Shown here piece by piece: positions 52,589 through 64,000 of a DNA stretch of 64,000 nucleotides (positions within the stretch are counted from its first letter, which is position 1; each line of letters begins with the position of its first letter). Below the pieces are notes generated by a model that was not told where the DNA came from, did not search any database, and was given only the letters and a program-made list of their open reading frames with translations. Where the stretch lies: the NCBI GenBank assembly GCA_964016885.1, contig OZ024763.1, positions 10,106,001 through 10,170,000 of the forward strand, read 5' to 3'. This stretch comes from Eledone cirrhosa (taxonomy: Eukaryota). A program made the position numbers and the translations under genes.

Positions 52589-52769
52589 TTAATGATGTTT
52601 TGCTATATCCAATATTTTTCCTCTTTAACTAAGTTGAAATAACATTAATTGAATAAGATGTATTAAAACATTTGTAAAGCTATGAAATAGTGTCATCTTA
52701 TATTATTATATATATTTACAAATGCTTGTGTGCACATGTATGTGTGTGTGTATATATATCATCATCATC

Positions 52770-54130
52770 ATTTTTATGTTTGCTTTTGCATCCTTGCATG
52801 GTTTGAATGGGTCCTTTTCAGTGCAGCATCTTTCCCCTTGTCGCATTCCTTCATCATCTTTTCTGTGAGCTTTAGTGATATGACATTAACTCTCACCACC
52901 TCCACCCAGGTCTTCCTCTACTGCAGCTTCCTTCCACTGGGATTTCTTGGCACTTTTTCACCCAAATATCACCAACCATACACATCATATGTCCATACCA
53001 GTGCAGTCTTTTCTCTTACACACTTCTGATTCCACTTATACCCATTTTCTCTCAGTTCATCCATCAAAGGATACTTGCTTCATTACTTTCCAGTCTTCAC
53101 ATATTCTCTGTATTCACTGCCATGAAACATTGTACTTTACACACAGGCATCATACAGCCAACCTTTCATTACCAGCACCAGGAGTGGCTCCCTAAACCTC
53201 TTCCATCCTCATCTTATTCTAGTTACTATGCTTTTGGTAGACACCCCTCCACTGCTAATTAGGTCACTTAGATAGCAGAAGCTATCAACCACTTTTATGG
53301 ATCCTTCTTGGGATAGGAAAAGGTTTATATCTCCAACCCGCTTACCATCAATTATTTCTGTACAGTTATTACATACAATGTGTTATTTTTCTATTAGTCT
53401 CATGGGATCTTTCCTACTTACTAAAACTTTGGTCTTTGCTAAAGACCTTTTGATTCTAAGTTCTGTTTCCACAGATTTAGCTATGAGCACCATATCATCA
53501 ACATACAGAAGTTCCCATGGGCAACCAGTTTAAACTACTCTGTTATGGTCTGGAGCACTAGGAGAAACAGAAGTAGGCTAAGGACTGAGCCCTGATGAAC
53601 ACCCACCTGTACCTTGAATAGCTCACTAAACTCATTTCCTACTCTCACTTTACTGACAGTGCCACTGTACATGGCCTGCACTGCTTTTACAAGCCACCCT
53701 TCTACACATAGTTTCCTTAAAGACCACCAGATGACTTTGGACTACTGTGTCAAAGGCTTCTCAAAGGTTCTCAACGGGGGGCATATGCACCCCCGGGGGG
53801 CGTTTCGGAACTCCAGTGGGCGTTTACATATTTCGTGATTTCGAGGGACAAAAGGGGGCGTTTGGCCTAAATGGGTTGAGAACCTGTGCTCTAGATCAAC
53901 AAAAGCTAGATATAGAGGCTTACTCTTAGCTAAGAGATTATTTTGTAGTTGTCTCACTAGGATGAGGGCATCTTTGGTGTTTCTTCCTTGCATAAAAATC
54001 AAGCTGCATCTTATTTAATTTAACTCTTTCCCTAATTAGCTGTGCTGTCACATTTATAACTTGCTCCATTAGTTTTATTCCTCTGTAGTTGATCCTTTCT
54101 AAAACATGGCCTTTCCCCTGTAGCAATTTA
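52770..54130 (-). mobile_element. Degenerate RTE LINE containing a small hAT-like MITE (53762-53888)
   Basis: NYRGIKL and LYLAFVDLE fragments. MITE TIR CAAAGGTTCTCAAC / GTTGAGAACCTGTG. Confidence 0.7.
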
Positions 54131-54699
54131 TAATTATCCACGCTAGCATGGGTTAGATGGGAGTTGTGCCACTTGAGGCAAGATTGGTCGGGTGACCGTG
54201 TCTCGCTCGTATAGGACTATCTGGCAGGCTTTCTACGGCTGGATGCCCTTCCTAACACCAACCACATTTACATATATATATATATATACTAAAATGTTGT
54301 AGTTTGCTTGAAGTATTATATATAATATATAACGTTGAAAGAGATAGAAGGCTAAACAATTCAAAATGGATTGTAAGGTGAGGTAATGAAAAGTAAGTTA
54401 CCTGTTAATCTTTGTTTTTTTTGTTTTTTTTTTGTTCTTTTTTCTGTACAATATTTCTGGACCTAAAAGTCCCTTCTTGAGAGTTTAAGGAACTTTCAAT
54501 GGATAATGTTCCAATTTCCTCTCTTTGGGATTAAATTTAGATTTAAATTTCTTAAGTTGTTTTCAAGCGTTTTTTAATGGTTATTTCGCTTTCCATGAGA
54601 ATGATGTCAATTGCCAATATAGTATTTCGTGAAATCAATTTTCTTTTTTGTATGAGATGTTTAGTTTGTGAGCCTGTGGGTGTCTTCTTATGTCAAGTA

Positions 54700-54950
54700 C
54701 TATATGTTGAGTTCTAATCTATTATTTATTTGTGGGTTGAGCCTTCGTATGAGCAAGACTTCCTTAATTCTTAAGTTGCCCACATTTCTATCACTGGCTT
54801 TAATGTTAACAGTAATATGTTGGTTGATGTTTCTACATTTGTTGATGTGTTTTTTGAATGAGGATGCGCGTGTGTTGAGGTGTTCTTTAATACGAGTGTG
54901 GAGTGCTGGAGTCGTGTGACCAACATAGAACTCCTTACATTTGTTGCATT
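54700..54950 (-). mobile_element. Penelope-like element GIY-YIG endonuclease 3' fragment
   Basis: ECNKCKEFYVGHTT..LHTRIKEH...LRIKEVLLIRRLNPQINN. Confidence 0.8.
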
Positions 54951-54999
54951 CAATATATATATACAATATAAATCAATATATATACATTTGCTAAAAGAT

Positions 55000-56672
55000 G
55001 ACAGTTACATCATTATCTTTGATGTCAACTTCAATGGATATGTTGGTTAAGGTTACGGCTCGAGAAATGAAGAGGGAATGAGGCTCCTGGAAATCTGTGA
55101 TGCAAATTAACTATTTGCAAAACTAACTTCAGAAAACTGGACAGCCTCTTGAGCACCTAACATGAGGTGAATACACAAGCCAGATTGACTTCTTACAGGA
55201 TAGACTGATGGTGAAGAATGTTGTCCTTTCTCAGAGAAGAATACACACTTGTAAATCAGTTATCAATGACATCAGAATAAGGACTAGATGAAACCAGAAG
55301 CACAGGAAAATGAGAGGGGGAAGATAGATACATAAGACAAAGAGAACAATTGATAGTTTCTACAGGACAACCTATTACAGGTTAGTGATGAAGCCAGTGG
55401 CTAGAGCAAAGCAGCAGCTGGATAAAGGGTGACCTGGTGGTAGAACAGTACAGTAAATAGACTCATTAAAGACAAGCATGGAAAGACTGGAAAATGGGGG
55501 CAACAAGGAACAATACCAACGAGCTAAAAGAAGGAAATTGCCAACATTATGCAATGTGAAGAACTGAGACGTAATGTGTTCTGCATAGCAAGGTAGTGTG
55601 CCAGTGTGAACCAGGATGTTGTTAGGGGGAAATGTGTTTGGAATGACACTGGTGCAATTAGCCTCACTGATGTTCAGAATAAAGAGGTTATATTAGAACG
55701 AGTTGCAGTTAAGTTTTGTGCCAAGGAGGAGCACCACAGATGCCCTCTTCTTAGTGAGACAACTACAAGAGAAGTTCTTAGCTAAGTTTAAACTATTATA
55801 TTTAGCTTTCATTGATCTGGAGAAGGCCTTTGACAGAGTACCACGATCTGTCATCTGGTGGTCTCTTAGGAAACTAGATGTAGAAGAGTGGTTAGAGAGA
55901 TCAACGCAAACTGAGTACAGAAGAGCTATCAGGAAAGTGAAAGTTGAGCAGGTAGTGAGTTTAGTGAAGAATTCAATATACATGTAGGTGTTCATCAAGG
56001 CTCCTTCCTTATCCCATCTCTGTTTATTATAGTTCCTCAGGCTATAACTGAGGAGTTTAGGACTGGATGTCCAGAGGAATTTCTGTATGTTGACAACCTG
56101 GTTCTTATAGCAGAATTAGGGGAAGAGTTAGAGAAGAAATTCCTGTTGTGGAAACTTATAATAAAAATAGGTCAGAGTAAACTTAGCAAAGACCACAGTG
56201 TTAGTAAAATAGGAAAGAAAACAGGACTCCTGCTCCACCAGTGATGTGGCCTTGCTCGATAGGTAGAAAAGGAGAAGTTGAAACTCTATACACTGTACAT
56301 AATGAGTACACAAGAGATGTAGTAGAAAAGATAGACTTTGTGCGTAAATGTAAACACTGAGGATATGTGAAAGGTGAAGAGAAATAATTTTTCAATGGAT
56401 ATGTGACATTGATATGCATGGATGGGTATAAGAGGAATCAAATGGACAGAAGACTGCACTGGTATAGACATGTGATGTGTGTGGGTAATAACAGTTGGGT
56501 GAAGAATTGCCATGGAAGGAAGCTACAATAGCAGAAGACTAGGAAGAGCAGTACAGAATTTCTGCGAGCAGATCACAAAATGGTGAAGCTGATAGAAGAG
56601 ATGACAAAGGAACATGGCAAGTAGAGGGATACTGTGCATGGAAAAAATGGAGGTAAAATGATGATGATGATG
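55000..56672 (+). mobile_element. Highly degenerate RTE LINE
   Basis: STTDALFLVRQLQEK...LAFIDLEKAFDRVPR, and a GAT tail. Confidence 0.75.
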
Positions 56673-56770
56673 AGGAAAATGATAACAATGATGAAATACA
56701 AGATATGATATAATAGAGTGACATCACAGTAACACAAGAGAGTTATTTATGGTGTGACATAGAAACATAC

Positions 56771-56832
56771 CACTGAGCTGCATTCTATTTTTCACAAGAT
56801 CCAGAGGCTGGACAAAACATGTGGCACCCATC
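56771..56832 (-). CDS. SLC25A11: SLC25A11 most upstream exon found (start exon not located, probably beyond the window)
   Basis: (G)MGATCFVQPLDLVKNRMQLS(G), containing the first carrier signature. The nine exons join in frame (868 nt). Confidence 0.95.
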
Positions 56833-57080
56833 CTGAAACAAGAGATATATATTATATTATAGATACATACATTATATACACATATATATATATACTTGGC
56901 ATGGCAATAGTAGGCTGCGTGCCGTATATAGCAGTAAATGTAGTTAATATTAGTTGGAATTTGAACTTTGTTGTACACGTGTGATATTCTGTATGTTATA
57001 TTATACATACATACATTATATACACATATATATATTATATTATACAAGCCGAAGCATGCCTCAACCCCCTCCCACTGTAT

Positions 57081-57610
57081 AGTGGTCGTGGAGGTGCCAC
57101 GGCAAAAAAGCACCTAGCCCACACTGTAAAGTGGTCGTGGAGGTGCCACGGCAAAAAAGCACCTAGCCCACACTGTAAAGTGGTCGTGGAGGGACCATGG
57201 CAAAAAAGCACCTAGCCCACACTGTAAAGTGGTCGTGGAGGGACCATGGCAAAAAAGTACCCAGCCCACACTGTGAAGTGGTCATAGAGGCGCCACGGCA
57301 AAAAAGCACCCAACCCACACTGTAAAGTGGTCGTGGAGACGCCACGGAAAAAAGTACCCAGCCCACACAGTAAAGTGGTCGTGGAGGCACCACGGCAAAA
57401 AAGCACCCAGCCCACACTGTAAACTGGTCGTGGAGGCACCACGGCAAAAAAGTACCCAGCCCACACTGTAAACTGGTCGTGGAGGTGCCACGGAAAAAAG
57501 TACCCAGCCCACACTGTAAAGTGGTCGTGGAGGCACCACGGCAAAAAAGCATCCAGCCCACACTGTAAACTGGTCGTGGAGGTGCCACAGAAAAAAAGCA
57601 CCCAGCACTC
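57081..57610 (+). repeat. ~50-51-bp minisatellite inside a SINE-B-type 3' region, ~10 copies
   Basis: Unit AGTGGTCGTGGAGGTGCCACGGCAAAAAAGCACCCAGCCCACACTGTAA, continuing into the SINE/RTE tail to ~57783. Confidence 0.9.
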
Positions 57611-58126
57611 ACAGTAAATGAGGTTGGTGTTAGGAAGGACATCCAGCTGTAGAAATCAAGCCAGAATCAGTTTCTGTATGAGCAAGACAAGGTCAGCCAA
57701 CTGGACACTGCCCACAACCGGACAACCCGTCTAATCCATGCTAGCGTGGAAGAATGGACGTAAAACAGTGATGATGATGATGATACATATATATATATTA
57801 TATATAGTATATTATACATACATATATTATATATAGTATATTGTACATACATATATTATATATAGTATATTATACATACATATATTATATATGCATATAC
57901 ATATATTATACATATATTGGAATGCACAAAATCTTCTCATCTTAACTCACCCCACCCTCCTTCACCTCACCTTAGATGTAACTCTGCAAACCCAACCTGA
58001 ATACATGTACTCTACCCTCCTCTAAATCTGCACCTTCTACATCTGACACAGCCCAAGCTTGGAAAGCTGGACACACTCTCCTACAATGCTGCAGAAATAG
58101 CTAAATGTTCTTAGTCCTTTAAGGTA

Positions 58127-58500
58127 AGCATGCTGGTGACACAACAAAAACCCCTAGACCATCATGTAAGGTGGTCATGCTGGTGACACAACAAAAAACC
58201 CTAGACCATCATGTAAGGTGGTCATGCTGGTGACACAACAAAAAACCCTAGACCATCATGTAAGGTGGTCATGCTGGTGACACAACAAAAAACCCTAGAC
58301 CATCATGTAAGGTGGTCATGCTGGTGACACAACAAAAAACCCTAGACCATCATGTAAGGTGGTCATGCTGGTGACACAACAAAAGAGCACCCAGTCTAGC
58401 TTATAAGATGGTCACGTAGGTGACACGATAAATAGGGACCCAGGCAATCTTGTATGGAGGTCATTTCGGTGACACAACAAAAAGAGCCCAGTCAACCCTG
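58127..58500. repeat. ~47-bp minisatellite
   Basis: Unit CATGCTGGTGACACAACAAAAAACCCTAGACCATCATGTAAGGTGGT. Confidence 0.9.
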
Positions 58501-58931
58501 CTAACTAAGTATACCGAGTACCTAGCTACTAGTTAACTGTACCTGGTACCTAGCTACTAGCTATGTGTACTTGGTACCTACCCATTCTTCTAGTTGTTAG
58601 GTATTGCCCTTTTTTCCAGTTTTCCTAGGCTTACTTTCTTGTTTTTCTGGCTCTATCTCCACTGTCATCCACCACTACATCACCATCTTTCTGGGACCCT
58701 GCCCCAACTACAGACCTCATCCATGGACTTCAGTAGGTTGTAGAAATTCCCAATTTATAGGTCCCCAATTTGTATTCCTTACTGCCATAAGCAGGATTTC
58801 TTTGAATTGCCAGCTGAGAGTTCTTTCATCTCCAGACTGGTTGTTTACCCTTACCTAAAACAGCATGCTACTAAATACATTTAAACATATAATTAAATGA
58901 TAACAATTATTAATCTTAGACATTAGTAATA

Positions 58932-59254
58932 CAGTGTAGCCCCGGCATTTGTGGACCCGGCATTTGCAATCCCAGTTATTCATAGAATTTTCCTTAGAAC
59001 CTAACTAATAATTGTTCGTGGAAACCATCACATATTTACGGCATCGTAAATATTTGTTTGTGTAGCAAAATATATTTTTTCCCACTTTTTAACACTAAAT
59101 TATTAATAACAATAAACCATATTTGCCAGCCTATATTTTACATTATGTTTTGAGGTTTATAGGCATTTCTATGGACCACGCCCAATAGTCACAGATTGTC
59201 ACTCTTCGCAGGTGCTCTAGAAATGTAACCCCCACAAATACTGGGGGACAGCTG
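58932..59254. mobile_element. Tc1/mariner (pogo/Tigger-like) MITE
   Basis: TA|CAGTGTAGCCCCGGCATTTGTGG ... CCACAAATACTGGGGGACAGCTG|TA. Confidence 0.65.
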
Positions 59255-59879
59255 TATTAAGTAATCTGTGAGAGATTTAAACTTCAGTAAAATAATTATA
59301 ATGACTCAACATAAGATTTGAACCATAGCTTCATCATGAGCAGATGGGAGAAACCAGAGATTTGTAAGGGGGATTGAGATAGGAAGGGCATCTAGCCATA
59401 GAAAACCTGCCAAAAAAAAGTTAGGAAGACACTTTAGCTGTGTCAAGAACATGACAACTTCCCTAGTGTTGGTAATAGAAAGGGCTTCCAGACATAGAAA
59501 ACCTGCCAAACAAAGAAAGGGCAGGTAAAAAACATGGCAACCTCCCTAATGTTGGTGCCACAATAAACTGTACTTGGTAGAGGAGACTGGGACTGTATGT
59601 CAGGCCACCAGCCCACATAGAGGTACTGCTTCAATACTGACTGGTCTGTGATAACATCTCCAACCATTGCTAGCAGGGAAAATAATGATGATATATATCT
59701 GTGTAAACATGTTTTAAGTAAAATATATACTAGTTTGAATCTGTTTTAAACTAGTTTGACCTATGAAATTAATGTGCAAGTGGCTGAGCATTCCACAGAC
59801 ATCGTTAATGTAGTTCTCAGGGATTGAGGAGGGGCAGAGATAGAAATGTTTCTTTGACTTTATGGTGATTATCTGGGGT

Positions 59880-60186
59880 AGAGAGATATAGACAGACAGA
59901 CAGACAGACAGACATATATAGAGACAGAGACAGACAGACAGACATATATAGAGACAGATAGACAGACAGACATATATAGAGACAGATAGACAGACAGACA
60001 TATATAGAGACAGACAGACAGACATATATAGAGACAGACAGACAGACAGACATATATAGAGACAGAGATAGACAGACATATAGAGACAGACAGACAGACA
60101 GAGAGACAGGTAGACAGACAGACAGAGACAGAGAGATATAGAGAGAGACAGACAGGCAGTCATAGAGACAGACAGACAGACATAGA
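59880..60186. repeat. (GACA)n/(GA)n compound microsatellite
   Basis: Direct inspection. Confidence 0.9.
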
Positions 60187-60861
60187 GGCATGGTTCACAA
60201 ATGACCTTTAGTTCACAAATGACCTTCAGTTCACAAATGACCTTCAGTTCAGGACAACAGTTTCTGAACAAAACAATGTGTGAAATATATATTGGAAGGT
60301 GGAGGATGAGGGAGGGAGGGAGGCACATTAGTAGAGGGGGTGGAGGGGCAGTAGAGTGGGGTGGAGGGCTGGGTTGTTGGGTTGGAAGCCCCCACCCCAT
60401 GGTGTGGGTGGTGATGAGGGTCATCTGAAGGAGGGACAGGGTCTGTGATCTACTGGAGTGGGTAGTGGGGTCCCATATCTGTAAAGATAGAATGCCCTAT
60501 TCAATGAGGAGGGGGAAGTGGGACATGAAGGAGGGACAGAACCTTGTGAAATGGCCAGAGCAGGAAGTAAGAACAAGTTAATAACTATGATATCATTTTG
60601 GGTTACCTTAGCTCAGGTTACCAATAATCTGTATCAAGGAATATTTCAGCGTATGGCAGTAGTTGACTCAACAAGATGTTTAGTACGTTAGGACGGAGGG
60701 TAGTTTCCTAAAAGTTCTATGATTAGTAGTTCTTGGAGTAGTAATAACAGGTAAAAAGAGGTTTAACACAGATAAGTAATACAACAAGGTTATTCCAAGC
60801 ACTGGAATAAACCCTATATATCCCTTAGCCATGTTAATCCTCTTTTTACCTGTTATATATA

Positions 60862-61208
60862 TATCATCATCATCATCATCATCATTTTATGTCTGCTTTT
60901 CCCTGCTTGCAAGGGTGGGACAGGAACTTATTCTGGCTTCATTTCTACAGCTGGATGCCCTTCCTAACACCAACCTCATTTACAGTGAGTGCTGGGTGCT
61001 TTTTTGCCGTGGCACCCCCACGACCACTTTGCAGTGGAATGATAGGGACCCCAGTCCCTATCATCTCATTTCTACAGCTGAGTAAACTGGAGCAATGTGA
61101 AATAAAGTGTCTTGCTCAAGGAAACAACACATCACCCTGTCTGAGAATTGAACTCACAACCTTTCAATTGCAAGGCCAATGCTCTAACCACTAAGCCATG
61201 TGCCTCCA
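60862..61208 (-). mobile_element. SINE family B, full length
   Basis: Reverse complement of 18062-18388, with a (GAT)n tail. Confidence 0.85.
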
Positions 61209-61825
61209 TATATATATTATCATCATCATCATCGGGGATAAAACTGTCCTTTCCGCTCGCGTCTGTCTTCACACGTCCGTTACATCGCAAGGCATATAGC
61301 TAAGAGACCTCTGTTGACCGCCTGGTCCCTCGAGTCACCCCGGTCCTCCTGCTTCCAGTCAGGCGTCCCCCAACTTCCGGAAATCCACCTCCCATGGCAG
61401 CTCTACACACTTTTCTATCTCGCCGCAGCCCCACAGCTGCATGTTCAGGGATAACACAAAAAAAAAAAACGAGGGTAAAAGAAGTGTTAAAGGGAGGGGG
61501 ATCCAAGGGTCCCCACACTTTCCTCTCCCCTTTCCGGAAAAAAGTCCTTAGGACCATATCAGGAGATAAATCTATATGATAGCACACGAAAAAAAAAATA
61601 TGTACAGTGATTGAGTTTTATTACTGTTATTTGCGTTGGGACGACTATATTCTACAGGCACCCACATATATAAAGAAACGATTCCTACGATGGCGGTGCC
61701 TTTATTTTAGTATCGTATTTATAAAAGTACAAAATACGTTATCAGTGGTTTATACACATGTATAATGACAGGTAGCAAGGTGTTATGTACTGTTAGGACC
61801 GCAAGATCTGTGATAGCTTAAAGCT

Positions 61826-61873
<48 letters not shown>

Positions 61874-61890
61874 CATACACACATCATATA

Positions 61891-62050
61891 CAGGTAAAAT
61901 TCCGTTATAACTAATTTTTCAGTATAACGACATTTTTTCAATCTCCGGCCACACGCTCGATGTGTTAGGTCGATCTCGTTATAAACAATTTTTCGTTATA
62001 ACGAATTTCTTTTTATACCCAGTGAATTTCGCTGCAACGGCATTTCACTG
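61891..62050. mobile_element. pogo/Tigger-like MITE
   Basis: TA|CAGGTAAAATTCCGTTATAAC ... GCTGCAACGGCATTTCACTG|TA, with internal CGTTATAAC repeats. Confidence 0.6.
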
Positions 62051-62699
62051 TATACATATATATAAATGTGTAACAGATACATATACATACATAAATACAT
62101 ACATACATACACACACAATGATAGGAAGAGCTGCAATGATGAGATGAGGTCAGCTGGTGTTATTAAAGAGGAAGCTGACCAGATGACCAATATATTGCAA
62201 TGGAGAAGGAATGCCTGATATAAGGGAGGCAGGAGGCGATGGCAGTACTGCAAGGCATCGGCCTCTTATGTGATAAGGTCGGTCGCAGGTCGATTTGCTT
62301 GAAACAACAGCCAAATCTATCTTCAAATCATATCCTACCGTGTTTAATTAAAGAAGCACACATTAAATAATAGACCCGGCGAAAAACACTGTTCTGAACG
62401 GAAACTATAAAAGATACGAAGCTTGGATGGTCATGGCTAGAATATTGTTAATTGATATTTGGTGAGATCGATCAAGGTTGATCTGGGGTTAAACAATAAC
62501 GAAAGAGACAAAATGTGAAGTTGACAGATTTGTTGTAGTGGTTGCTGGGACTAGACAGACGTTTAAAGATATCGAAGTAAGCCACGTTGATATGGAGATA
62601 AAGATATATGTATATTTAAAGAGAGGTGTTGATAGAGAGACATATATATATATATAGAGAGAGAGAGAGGTGTAGATAGACGTATGTGTGTGTATATAC

Positions 62700-62730
<31 letters not shown>

Positions 62731-62862
62731 CATATATATATACATATTTATATATATACATATATATACACATATATACACACATATATACACATATATA
62801 CACACATATATACACACATATACACACACATATACACACACATATACACATATATATATACA

Positions 62863-63282
62863 TATATTAATAAGAGGAATTCCAACTTTGTCTGATTTAC
62901 TCGTTTTATTTACAATCCTTTAAAATTTATAATGGTATTATATTGAAATAGTATGATAGAATATTAAATGTTAAGTGTTAATTGAACAAGTACTTTCATG
63001 CTTTCGCAATCTTCAGGTTCATAATGTGTGGTGACAGTCAAGTTGCAATTTTCAACTGGATAGTTTAACTAATATCAATCACACACAGTTGAAAATTGCA
63101 AACTTGACTGTCACCACACATTATGAACCTGAAGATTGCGAAAGCATGAAAGTACTTGTTCAATTAACACTTAACATTTAATATTCTATCATACTATTTC
63201 ATTATAATACCATTATAAATTTTAAAGGATTGTAAATAAAACGAGTAAATCAGACAAAGTTGGAATTCCTCTTATTAATATA
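62863..63282. mobile_element. Hairpin element: ~196-bp inverted arms, each with a compact hammerhead (62983-63021 minus, 63124-63162 plus)
   Basis: Arms 62863-63058 and 63086-63282 with ~2 differences. Motif TGAAC-CTGAAGA-TTGCGAAAGCAT-GAAA-GTAC-TT-GTTCA. Confidence 0.85.
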
Positions 63283-63309
63283 ATCTTCTATACACAATCA
63301 TACACACCC

Positions 63310-63490
63310 GTGTATATTTATCTATCTCTCTATATATATACATATATATATTACATAACTATATATATATATACACACATATATATATATATATACACAC
63401 ATATATATATATATATACACACATATATATATATATATACACACACACATATATATATATATACACACACACATATATATATATATATAT

Positions 63491-63531
<41 letters not shown>

Positions 63532-63684
63532 TATATATATATATATACACACACACACATATATATATATATACACACACACACATATATATATATATAT
63601 ACACACACACACATATATATATATATATACACACACACACATATATATATATATATACACACACACACATATATATATATATAT

Positions 63685-63751
<67 letters not shown>

Positions 63752-63907
63752 TATATATATATACACACACATATATATATATATATATACACACATATAT
63801 ATATATATATATACACATATATATATATATATATACACATATATATATATACACATATATATATATATATATATATACATATAATCACACACACATATAT
63901 ATATATA

Positions 63908-63942
<35 letters not shown>

Positions 63943-64000
63943 TCACACACACATATATATATATACACACACATATATATATACACACATATATATACAC
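63310..64000. repeat. (TA)n/(CA)n compound microsatellite
   Basis: Direct inspection. Confidence 0.95.

Noticed and set aside
61240-61600. GC-richer island as candidate SLC25A11 first exon or promoter
   Set aside because: No frame resembling the expected N-terminal KFLFGG-type segment with a phase-2 donor was found; left uncalled.
63310-64000. Several long Y/I/H/T ORFs
   Set aside because: (TA)n/(CA)n microsatellite.

Overview
Repeat-rich eukaryotic (animal) genomic DNA. The SINE, LINE and microsatellite content suggests an octopus or other cephalopod; this is inference, not a database result. The window opens with ~7.8 kb of a 41-bp satellite. The satellite is interrupted by a complete, young, non-coding LTR element (337-bp LTRs, GGCT TSD, tRNA-Trp PBS extended to ~30 nt). 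Two minus-strand, intron-rich housekeeping genes follow: a complete 5-exon DJ-1/PARK7 (28266-13596, 186 aa) and a 5'-incomplete mitochondrial 2-oxoglutarate/malate carrier SLC25A11 (9 exons seen, 56832-33998). Introns and intergenic DNA hold fragments of RTE, CR1/L2-like, Tx1/L1-like, R4-like, CRE-like and Penelope-like retroelements, two tRNA-derived SINE families, piggyBac/hAT/pogo-type MITEs and many minisatellites. The most notable non-obvious signal is a set of minimal type-I hammerhead ribozyme motifs, about ten copies including degenerate ones. Several lie in long near-perfect hairpins embedded in (TA)n microsatellites, and some are in the sense orientation of host introns. Most ORFs in the supplied track are microsatellite or transposon artefacts. 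All analysis was by eye, and transposon boundaries are approximate unless a TSD or TIR is cited.
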